Origin: a virus
Virus record (IMG/VR): IMGVR_UViG_3300022214_000002
Reading direction: 5' to 3' (one strand)
Length of the DNA: 40,363 bases
A model generated the notes under the pieces. That model was not told the origin of the DNA. It made no database searches and worked only from the letters and a program-made list of their open reading frames with translations. Below are positions 33,683 to 40,363 of this stretch, one piece after another. How positions within the stretch are numbered: the stretch's first letter is position 1; every line of letters starts with the position of its first letter. The translations under genes and the position numbers were made by a program.

Positions 33683-33853
33683 ATGATTGACCTATTTATC
33701 AGCCTTGTTCTTGCTCTGAGCCTTGGAACGATTGACCTAGAATGTACGTTCTATTCTGGTACTGACACATGCGTAGGATGTACCGACGATTGCTTAGAAC
33801 CGGCGCAAAACGATGGAGTCCTAGAATCAACCGTTAACCTCACAGAGGCCTAA
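33683..33853 (+). CDS. Small early protein with N-terminal hydrophobic helix and Cys-rich tail (56 aa)
   Basis: AAGGAG (33669-33674) upstream of the internal ATG of track ORF 33632-33853. Confidence 0.5.
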   Translation: MIDLFISLVLALSLGTIDLECTFYSGTDTCVGCTDDCLEPAQNDGVLESTVNLTEA

Positions 33854-33855
33854 CC

Positions 33856-34464
33856 ATGCACGAAACCTTCACACAAAACGTTAAAGACTGGGTTGATCGA
33901 ATCCGTGCCGATCATTGGCAACAAGGCAAAGTCTGGTATAAGCATGCTAATCAATTATGTCGTACTCTTTCTGATAATACCCAAACTCCTCTAGACAACG
34001 TGGTAGGCGTCTTAGCTGCCCTCTCTCCCCAAGTCTCTTGGGATATCAATATCACATCGTGTGAATCGATCGTGAAAGACGGTATTATAGATCCTGGCTA
34101 TACCGGCTACAAGATCAACGTAGAAAAGGCTCTGCAGTGTCTTGTGTCTCCTCCACTTGAGGTATTAGGCGGACGCAAAGTCATAGCCTTTTATCACAAT
34201 ATCATTGATCCAACCAAGAGCCAAGAAGTCACCATTGACACGCATATCGGACGAGTATTATACGACAACCTTGACTTGACAGCGCAACAAATCAGGTATA
34301 TATTTTCAAAGACAGGCAACGAATTAGCGCAAGAGGCCGTCCGTAAGGTAGCCAAGAAGCTTAGGACAATTCCCCATGTGCTCCAAGCTTCGTTGTGGGT
34401 ATGTGTTAGAGAAATGACCCAGGCACGGGCAGATAAGAACCAACTAAGTCTGTATTTCAAGTAA
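33856..34464 (+). CDS. Conserved-looking early protein (202 aa), function unknown
   Basis: GKVWYKHAN...VLAALSPQVSWDIN...GRKVIAFYHNI...VTIDTH...LQASLWVCVRE resembles a widespread phage DUF pattern. Recalled from memory, unverified. Confidence 0.65.
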   Translation: MHETFTQNVKDWVDRIRADHWQQGKVWYKHANQLCRTLSDNTQTPLDNVVGVLAALSPQVSWDINITSCESIVKDGIIDPGYTGYKINVEKALQCLVSPPLEVLGGRKVIAFYHNIIDPTKSQEVTIDTHIGRVLYDNLDLTAQQIRYIFSKTGNELAQEAVRKVAKKLRTIPHVLQASLWVCVREMTQARADKNQLSLYFK

Positions 34465-34485
34465 CCTGTAACCAAGGAGTCAACC

Positions 34486-34617
34486 ATGTACAAATACGTT
34501 GTGTTAAACGGAGATGTGTATATCAGGACTGAACCACGCGTTCAGGTTGTACGAAGAATCAAAGGACTCGTTGCCTTCGTTCAGGCCTTCGTTGGAAAGG
34601 TAAAGAGCCATGTATAA
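34486..34617 (+). CDS. Small early protein (43 aa)
   Basis: AAGGAG (34474-34479) upstream. 8-nt overlap (ATGTATAA) with the next ORF. Confidence 0.4.
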   Translation: MYKYVVLNGDVYIRTEPRVQVVRRIKGLVAFVQAFVGKVKSHV

Positions 34618-34870
34618 AAAAGTCGAACTAACAGAGCGAGGAGATAATGACTTTATCATGAAGATCTGGTACAATGATCTCAATGGATCATTTGACTACT
34701 ATACTTCGGCTAGTACCATGCAAGACTTGTTTAATAAACTTGGTCAGATCATGAACGAAGACGAAGAACAAGAGTACTGGTACGAGTTAGAGCGTAAGAT
34801 TCTCAGAGCAGATTATGAACGTGATAAACAACAAGAGGAGAACTACTACCATGCAAACATGGTTTCATAA
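34610..34870 (+). CDS. Acidic early protein (86 aa)
   Basis: ORF-track ORF, Glu/Asp/Tyr-rich. Confidence 0.6.
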   Translation: MYKKVELTERGDNDFIMKIWYNDLNGSFDYYTSASTMQDLFNKLGQIMNEDEEQEYWYELERKILRADYERDKQQEENYYHANMVS

Positions 34871-35165
34871 CACATGGGTCACTATCGAAGCCGGTAGTAC
34901 AAGTGAAGCACTAGACAAGGCCTATGGCTTGGCCTCACCACATGAGAGAAAAGAATTGAGCGTACTGTCAGACAGAGTCAAAGAAGGTGTATACAATATC
35001 CGCTATGGCTTGATCGGAGTGCAGGCCAATACTCCCCTTGAGGCCTATAAAATCTTGAAGGCTCACTTGACTGAGCGCACCATTTCTGCTAACATCGACA
35101 CATACACGATCCAAAACGGACTGACAGAGTTTCCTGTGTCCAAATTCCTTGAACCTTTAACATAG
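34851..35165 (+). CDS. Early protein (104 aa)
   Basis: Internal ATG of track ORF 34815-35165, preceded by GAGGAG. Confidence 0.6.
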   Translation: MQTWFHNTWVTIEAGSTSEALDKAYGLASPHERKELSVLSDRVKEGVYNIRYGLIGVQANTPLEAYKILKAHLTERTISANIDTYTIQNGLTEFPVSKFLEPLT

Positions 35166-35197
35166 GAGTACGACTAACCTAAACCAGAGGAGAAAGT

Positions 35198-35401
35198 ATG
35201 AATCAATTACCTAGTCTCTATCGTGAAGTCTACAAGATTGATCGAGTCAAGCCTACCAATCTACGGTTTAAGGTTGACTTGAAAACCATTCATCCGTTTG
35301 CAGATCAAGGAAGACTTCAGCAATTTGCACAACGGAACGGTAAACGGCTAGTTTATATTTCGCGCAAAGAACGCTATGCCACTTTTAAGTTGAGAGGGTA
35401 A
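35198..35401 (+). CDS. Early protein (67 aa)
   Basis: GAGGAGAAAGT upstream of the ATG. Confidence 0.6.
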   Translation: MNQLPSLYREVYKIDRVKPTNLRFKVDLKTIHPFADQGRLQQFAQRNGKRLVYISRKERYATFKLRG

Positions 35402-35402
35402 C

Positions 35403-35597
35403 ATGCCATATCCTGAGGGAGTACGTACGGTTAGGTGGGATAAAGAAGGTTTGGTTGTAGTCGAAGAGGATAGATTGCTTCAGAGTATGCTGAAGAATAG
35501 AGAGATAAAAGCCGGATTGGCTAGGCTAATAAAAAACAAGCTAGAACCCGTAGACTTAGAAGACTGGCAAGAAGACAACTACAACGTTATGGCTTAA
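35403..35597 (+). CDS. Early protein (64 aa)
   Basis: ATG 1 nt after the upstream stop. Confidence 0.6.
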   Translation: MPYPEGVRTVRWDKEGLVVVEEDRLLQSMLKNREIKAGLARLIKNKLEPVDLEDWQEDNYNVMA

Positions 35598-35616
35598 TCT
35601 TAACCAAGGAGACATT

Positions 35617-35928
35617 ATGACAAAAGAGGCAAAGCGTAGTAAGGTCCGACGTGCATTTGACAAAATTATCAACTACTCACCTAGTTACACTGAGTTTGTT
35701 AGGAATGGATCTAAAAGCCTCTTACTCTACAAAGAAAATATACAGGCTACTGTAACGCCGTTCTGGGGTGTTGTGACGCCAGAGGGACCAGAATGCTTAT
35801 CGTTTGAAATGAAGGTTGAAGAGATATCCTCAGAAGACGTGTGTTGCTTAGTCTGGTCCAGCAACGTCTTGTCCCTAGAGTTCGTTATTCACAAAGTCAA
35901 CGAGACATTCGCAAGGGTGATAGCATGA
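35617..35928 (+). CDS. Early protein (103 aa)
   Basis: AAGGAG upstream of the ATG. Confidence 0.6.
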   Translation: MTKEAKRSKVRRAFDKIINYSPSYTEFVRNGSKSLLLYKENIQATVTPFWGVVTPEGPECLSFEMKVEEISSEDVCCLVWSSNVLSLEFVIHKVNETFARVIA

Positions 35929-36176
35929 CAAGTATTTATCGAATCTACACAGAGCGAAGAACAAACTTAGCAGAGATTGCGTCTCGATACTTTGAGAGTT
36001 TTACAATCTTTGACGGGCAAGGAGTGTACAAGAAAACGTTTGAGTACTCTGCAGTTATTGCCGTCATAGGAGCAGATTGGCAAGGCGTCAAACGTCTAGC
36101 ACAAGACATCAAACAAGAGAACAATCAAGAATCCGTCATAGTCACAGAACAACCTGTAACCGTTCACTTAATCTAA
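35925..36176 (+). CDS. Early protein (83 aa)
   Basis: ATGA overlap with the upstream stop; internal ATG of track ORF 35841-36176. Confidence 0.6.
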   Translation: MTSIYRIYTERRTNLAEIASRYFESFTIFDGQGVYKKTFEYSAVIAVIGADWQGVKRLAQDIKQENNQESVIVTEQPVTVHLI

Positions 36177-36190
36177 CCTGGAGGTATACC

Positions 36191-36391
36191 ATGCGTGGAG
36201 GAAAACTAAACGAAGATTTGCAGGAGTACGGAGTACTGGCGGAATATCGCAAGGCCTTGGAGTTTGACGCGCACAACCACGCGGAACTCATTCGCTCAGC
36301 GAATCCACAGGTACATATGAGCAAGTTTGACGCTATTTACGACGAAATCACAGAAAAAACACATGGCCCAAATGAACCAAACGAGGAGTAG
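36191..36391 (+). CDS. Early protein (66 aa)
   Basis: GGAGG upstream of the internal ATG of track ORF 36077-36391. Confidence 0.55.
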   Translation: MRGGKLNEDLQEYGVLAEYRKALEFDAHNHAELIRSANPQVHMSKFDAIYDEITEKTHGPNEPNEE

Positions 36392-36393
36392 CT

Positions 36394-36621
36394 ATGCCAA
36401 ATCAGTTACCAGAAACACAAGAAGAAATGGAATGGTTAAAGCGGAGATTCTTTAACCTAATGTGCTTCAGATTGGGTGGTGAAGTTACCGTGACACAGGC
36501 AGAACTGGAAGACGTTACACGGTTTGTAGAACGAACACAGATACTTTTGCTCCAACATCCTGATAAGCCAAACGAATTCTTGCTTAAGACGATACGAAGA
36601 AAGGGACCAGGAGAAACCTAG
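36394..36621 (+). CDS. Early protein (75 aa); last gene of the early operon
   Basis: GAGGAG upstream of the ATG. Confidence 0.6.
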   Translation: MPNQLPETQEEMEWLKRRFFNLMCFRLGGEVTVTQAELEDVTRFVERTQILLLQHPDKPNEFLLKTIRRKGPGET

Positions 36622-36712
36622 TATTATATTATATATATTATACTAGTATAACTAGTACTATATCACGTTGTATCTAGTTCGTAACGACAGTGAAGAACTA
36701 GAACTAGTAGAA
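36617..36712. promoter_or_regulatory. Second ACTAGT/A-T-rich element, immediately upstream of the sigma factor gene
   Basis: CCTAGTATTATAT (36617-36629). A/T-only stretch 36622-36642. ACTAGT at 36642, 36651 and 36703, plus three one-mismatch copies. Confidence 0.65.
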
Positions 36713-36726
36713 CGGGGGGGATTCAC

Positions 36727-37377
36727 ATGCAGCAAAGGGAATTCAAACAACTAGTGCGCCAGAGTATCACGAAGCTAAGGCAACAAGTAAGCAAGACTGG
36801 TATTGCCTATGATGATTGCCAGGATATTCTGGCTACTGTGTTTGATAGAGCGTACCGCAAGAAAGCCTATACTAGGCTATCGAAGGCTAAGGCCTTCTCA
36901 TACTTGGCGAGTCGCGTCTACTTTGCTGCACATGAATTCTTGCGACAAGAACAAAATAAGAAAACAAGAGAGTGTTTCTTACCAGACGATACCGAGAGTC
37001 CCTTGATCCGCTTTGTTGAAGAACATACCGTTCCGGTAACAGAGTGTCCGTTTTGTTTCCAAGAAACCCTAAACGCGCTAGGCACGTGTAGTGCCTGTCA
37101 TACTGCCTGTCCATCGTATGCTGTGCTCCATCGTGGAACATACTCGATTGAAACTGTAAGCCTAGCCTTGGACGAAGACGTAATGCAGAAGACAGACATC
37201 AATCAAGCCATAGAAAGCTTGAACCCGATGGAGCAGAAGGTCGTTAAAGCCTGCATCATGGGCAATGAAAGTCTCGAATCCTTTGCCCAAATTGAAGCGC
37301 TGAATAGGAAGACACTCTGGAGAATTTGGGTAAAAGCCCGTGAAAAGCTTACACAGAAATTAGCAGAATATGCCTGA
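36727..37377 (+). CDS. Sigma-70 family (ECF-like, regions 2 and 4) factor with a Cys-rich insertion in the linker
   Basis: Region 2-like: AYDDCQDILATVFDRAYRK...FSYLASRVYFAAHEFLRQ. Region 4-like: AIESLNPMEQKVVKACIMGNESLESFAQIEALNRKTLWRIWVKAREKL. The insertion is CPFC-x10-CSACHTAC. Confidence 0.6.
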   Translation: MQQREFKQLVRQSITKLRQQVSKTGIAYDDCQDILATVFDRAYRKKAYTRLSKAKAFSYLASRVYFAAHEFLRQEQNKKTRECFLPDDTESPLIRFVEEHTVPVTECPFCFQETLNALGTCSACHTACPSYAVLHRGTYSIETVSLALDEDVMQKTDINQAIESLNPMEQKVVKACIMGNESLESFAQIEALNRKTLWRIWVKAREKLTQKLAEYA

Positions 37378-37423
37378 TTGGTAAAAATAACACAGTTTTC
37401 TCCCTTGTATAACAAGTAGTTAG

Positions 37424-37453
37424 AGGCCTGAGACAAACGCATGTTTCAGGCCT
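37424..37453 (+). terminator. Hairpin downstream of the sigma gene (attenuator/terminator candidate)
   Basis: AGGCCTGA (37424-37431) pairs with TCAGGCCT (37446-37453), with a 14-nt loop. The loop contains the first ATG (37441) of the track ORF. Confidence 0.4.
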
Positions 37454-37479
37454 TTAACTCTATACAGGGGGGGAAAACT

Positions 37480-38166
37480 ATGAGTTATGAACATGAGCGG
37501 TATACCTCACGTGAGAAGAATACAGCATTCAATACGGTATGGCCTGCAGTAGAATGCGGTGAGACTGCAGACAACGAACTACGCCACTATCTTCGCTCTA
37601 GACGTTTAGACTTCGAGACGGCCTATCTTGCTGGTTGGTATCCATCGGTAATAAACAATTGTCTTCGCCTTGTAATACCCTGTAAGTCTCTCAATCCTAA
37701 ACATGCGTACTACCAAGCCAGAGCCTTAGACAAGAGCATCCGTCTTCGCTACGTCTCTCCTTCTGGCCCTAGGCTCGGCGCTTTGTGTATTGTCGATCCT
37801 GTCTTATTTGACTGGGACGATACGCTATCTCCCTCTGTCACGGCGATTGTAGAGGGTCCCATGTGCGCCCTGGCTCTTGCCTCTTTGGGAATTCCAGCTA
37901 TTGCCTTAATGGGTATCAGTCCAGAGCCTAGCGCATGTTCGCACCTTGTTTCTATTCTTAAGTCTCGCCACCACGATGCAGCTATCTTGCTAGACAATGA
38001 AGACGAAGCACAAGCCAGTGCTTCAAATCTTGCTGTCTTTCTAGCAGGGAACGGAATTATCAACCACGTCTTCTTGTTAAAAAGCAAAGACGTTGCCGAT
38101 TCTTCAGACAAGGAACGCAAGAAAATAGCAGGAGACATTCTACAATGGCAAAGGAAGTCAAGGTAG
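37480..38166 (+). CDS. DNA primase (TOPRIM domain, DnaG-like)
   Basis: TAIVEGPMCALALASLGIPAIALMG (TOPRIM Glu) and AAILLDNEDEA (DxD-type acidic motif). Start at ATG 37480, 6 nt after a G7 run; the track ORF starts at 37441. Confidence 0.75.
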   Translation: MSYEHERYTSREKNTAFNTVWPAVECGETADNELRHYLRSRRLDFETAYLAGWYPSVINNCLRLVIPCKSLNPKHAYYQARALDKSIRLRYVSPSGPRLGALCIVDPVLFDWDDTLSPSVTAIVEGPMCALALASLGIPAIALMGISPEPSACSHLVSILKSRHHDAAILLDNEDEAQASASNLAVFLAGNGIINHVFLLKSKDVADSSDKERKKIAGDILQWQRKSR

Positions 38167-40363
38167 TTAATAACAAGTTTGGTACTGTAGCTGAGTGCTC
38201 AGAGAACGCCAAGCTATCGCGTAAGGCTTGCCAGGAATGCGGATTGGCTAATACCTGCAATGAACCTTTCTTACGTCCGTATCTTCCCTTGAATTGGACT
38301 AGCGAATATTTATTTATTGTCGAGGTATCTAGCCAAGGCGAAGCAAACTACCCTAGGCGTGGCGTGTTCTTGTCAGAATCAGAAGGCAAGGTATTAGGTC
38401 GCGTTCTCTCAAGGGTTGGTCTGAACAAGGACCAAGTGGCTTTCTACCCTGTGCTCCGTTGCCGTCCGAACCTATCCGGCTCTAAGAAAGCTAAGATGCA
38501 CTCTCTTAGGGCTTGCCGTCCGTTTCTCTTGGATGCACTTAGAGAGGCTGAAGCAAAACATATCTTGCTATGTGGCGAAGCCTGTGTACGTGCGTTCACG
38601 AACTCAGGAAAGTCTAGCTCGATCAATACCACACGTGGACGTGAGCTATCACTAGACAACTACAAAGCCTACGCCACAGTGTCACTCAAGAGCCTTGTTG
38701 CAGACCCTCATGCTTCAGCAAGATTTACTGAAGACTTGCAACGGTTCAACCGACCGCTCTTGAAGTATCCAGGGATTCTACCTAGTGTATCTAAAAAGAT
38801 ACAGTCAAGTGTTGCACAAAAAACACAGTACCTCGGCTTCGATACCGAATTCAGTCCGGACCTTGCGCCGATTACCCTAGGAATCGCCACAGAGGCCAAC
38901 GCCCTGGGCGTAGGCATTGAGAAAAGTGCTCAGGCCCTACCTTACCTTCAGGATTCCATAATCGTAGGCCACAACGTCACTGTGGATGTCGAGAGTTTGA
39001 TAAGACTTCACTCCAAAACGTTGGACAAAGCCTTGAACAGGTGGTTACAGGGTGATCGTCTACGAGACACAAGCCTACTGGCTAGGTTGGCGGACGAGAA
39101 CAGAGGTAAGGGCGGGTACAAGCTGGAGAGTCTCGCGACCAGTCTCCTCAACGTCAAGGACTGGAAGGGACCTACTGAGGCACTGGGTACCGATTCGACA
39201 AAGTGGCCGAAGCATCTCCGCGACGAACGCTGTCGGTTAGATGCGTGGGCAACACTTCAGATTTATCGAGCACTCGAACCAGACGTTGAAGGCCCCGCTA
39301 GACTCTCACATAAGATAGCCATGACCTTGCGCCGCTTTTATTGGACTGGGGTGTACATCTCGAAGAAGAACTACCAGACCATGAAAGTGCAAGTCGAGAA
39401 AGAACGAGCGGCAGCACTCGGAGACCTCACACAATTTGCAAAGAAGTTTGGACTTAAGGATTTCTCTCCGACAAAAGACGATCACCTTAGAGATTACGTC
39501 TATGGAGAGAACGGAGTAGGGTTGCGGGTCGGCAAACTAACTAAGGGCGGCTTGCCCACTGTGTCTGTCAAGACCTTAAAAGAATTCAAAGACCGGCCCG
39601 CAATCTCTGCCCTGATTCAGTTTTCTAAATACGACAAGCTACTCTCCACGTACTGCGAGAGTCTTGCCAAGAAGTTCCAGCCAGTCAAGGATGGTATCTG
39701 GATTCCAGTTATCATTAATCCATTGGCAGCGAAGACAGGTAGGCGATCGAGCGCCGCACCAAACTTTCAGAACTGGCCGGTGGCTGTCCGCAAGATCATC
39801 ACGTCACGTTGGCAGAACGGAGTCATCGCCGACAACGACTACAGCAAGCTTGAGCCTATCTTAGGTGGATGGGTCACAGGAGAACCCAAGCTGACCGATT
39901 ACTTTGTGAAGCACTCAAACGGGTACATCAAGATCGGCGAAGACTTCTTTCAAACTTCAGTAGACAAGAACAGCGACCAGTACAAGGCGATGAAGTCCCT
40001 CGTGTTGGCGATTCTCTACAACAAAAAGAAATGGAGTCTTGCCGAGGATCTGTGGGTCAACTACGGAGTCAAGCTGAATACAAACTATGACGACCACATC
40101 GAAGAATCCGGCAAGCTCTTGGATAAGTTTCTTAAGCTGTTCCCGCGTGTGAAGAAGTACCACGAAACTACTGAAGACCTGGTCTTAACGGAAGGAGTAA
40201 TCTATAATGCCCTAGGCCAAGCCAGAAGGTTGCCGCTACCAATCGAACCACAGCGTTCAGACAAGTTAGCCTATAAGATCTACATGAAGTACAAAGCCCA
40301 CGTGATCAATCAGGCTATCAACTACCGCATTCAGAGTCTTGCAAGCTATGTCACTGGGTGTGC
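38145..40363 (+). CDS. DNA polymerase I family (PolA) with an N-terminal family-4 UDG-like domain and a 3'-5' exonuclease domain. Open at the window end; continues at nt 128-419 (836 aa in total).
   Basis: Own translation shows no stop up to the window end. UDG4-like: CQECGL..C and YLFIVEVSSQGEA..GKVLGRVLSRVGL..YPVLRCRP. Exo I/II: LGFDTEF and VGHNVTVDVESL. Motif A: DNDYSKLEPIL. AGGAG lies 10 nt upstream of the ATG. Confidence 0.9.
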   Translation, partial: MAKEVKVVNNKFGTVAECSENAKLSRKACQECGLANTCNEPFLRPYLPLNWTSEYLFIVEVSSQGEANYPRRGVFLSESEGKVLGRVLSRVGLNKDQVAFYPVLRCRPNLSGSKKAKMHSLRACRPFLLDALREAEAKHILLCGEACVRAFTNSGKSSSINTTRGRELSLDNYKAYATVSLKSLVADPHASARFTEDLQRFNRPLLKYPGILPSVSKKIQSSVAQKTQYLGFDTEFSPDLAPITLGIATEANALGVGIEKSAQALPYLQDSIIVGHNVTVDVESLIRLHSKTLDKALNRWLQGDRLRDTSLLARLADENRGKGGYKLESLATSLLNVKDWKGPTEALGTDSTKWPKHLRDERCRLDAWATLQIYRALEPDVEGPARLSHKIAMTLRRFYWTGVYISKKNYQTMKVQVEKERAAALGDLTQFAKKFGLKDFSPTKDDHLRDYVYGENGVGLRVGKLTKGGLPTVSVKTLKEFKDRPAISALIQFSKYDKLLSTYCESLAKKFQPVKDGIWIPVIINPLAAKTGRRSSAAPNFQNWPVAVRKIITSRWQNGVIADNDYSKLEPILGGWVTGEPKLTDYFVKHSNGYIKIGEDFFQTSVDKNSDQYKAMKSLVLAILYNKKKWSLAEDLWVNYGVKLNTNYDDHIEESGKLLDKFLKLFPRVKKYHETTEDLVLTEGVIYNALGQARRLPLPIEPQRSDKLAYKIYMKYKAHVINQAINYRIQSLASYVTGC
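40237..40363. repeat. Terminal direct repeat, copy 2 (identical to 1-127)
   Basis: Read directly; an exact 127/127 match to the window start. Confidence 0.95.

Noticed and set aside
38444-38917. Two ~70-aa - strand ORFs (38444-38659, 38708-38917) and other short ORFs (39052-40163) inside the polymerase region
   Set aside because: They are nested in or antisense to the uninterrupted PolA reading frame, which carries clear exonuclease and polymerase motifs.

Overview
The window is a complete, circularly closed dsDNA podovirus-like phage genome. Nt 1-127 recur exactly at 40237-40363, giving a unit length of 40,236 bp. Coding density is high with the standard genetic code, AGGAG-type ribosome-binding sites and many ATGA/TAATG start-stop overlaps. 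No tRNA, CRISPR array, integrase or reverse transcriptase was found.

There are three transcription blocks:
1. A + strand early operon of small ORFans (32885-36621), downstream of a sigma70-like promoter.
2. A + strand middle/replication block running from 36727 across the junction to 8771. It encodes an ECF-like sigma factor with a Cys-rich insertion, a TOPRIM primase, a UDG-like::exonuclease::PolA polymerase that spans the window ends, a Cas4-like nuclease, a DnaB-like helicase, endonuclease VII, a metallophosphoesterase, a nucleoside 2-deoxyribosyltransferase-like protein, an NTP-pyrophosphohydrolase-like protein and a GT-A-like protein.
3. A - strand block from 32691 down to 8898. It starts with a short leftward operon and a beta-helix protein with a signal peptide. 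It continues with TerL, then a T7-like virion gene order (portal, scaffold, capsid, tail tubular A/B, internal virion proteins, two tail fibres), and ends with a holin-lysozyme cassette.

No single-subunit RNA polymerase is present.

The most interesting unexplained signals are:
- Two clusters of palindromic hexamers (TACGTA and ACTAGT, partly phased at 15 and 30 bp) with pure A/T tracts, at 31582-31880 and 36617-36712. They share an exact 13-mer in inverted orientation and bracket the early region, next to the phage sigma factor gene.
- A ParB/Srx-like domain inside the 1199-aa ejection protein.
- A UDG-like polymerase domain with degenerate catalytic motifs, together with a nucleotide-handling gene cluster.

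All functional calls come from reading motifs by eye. No database search was possible.
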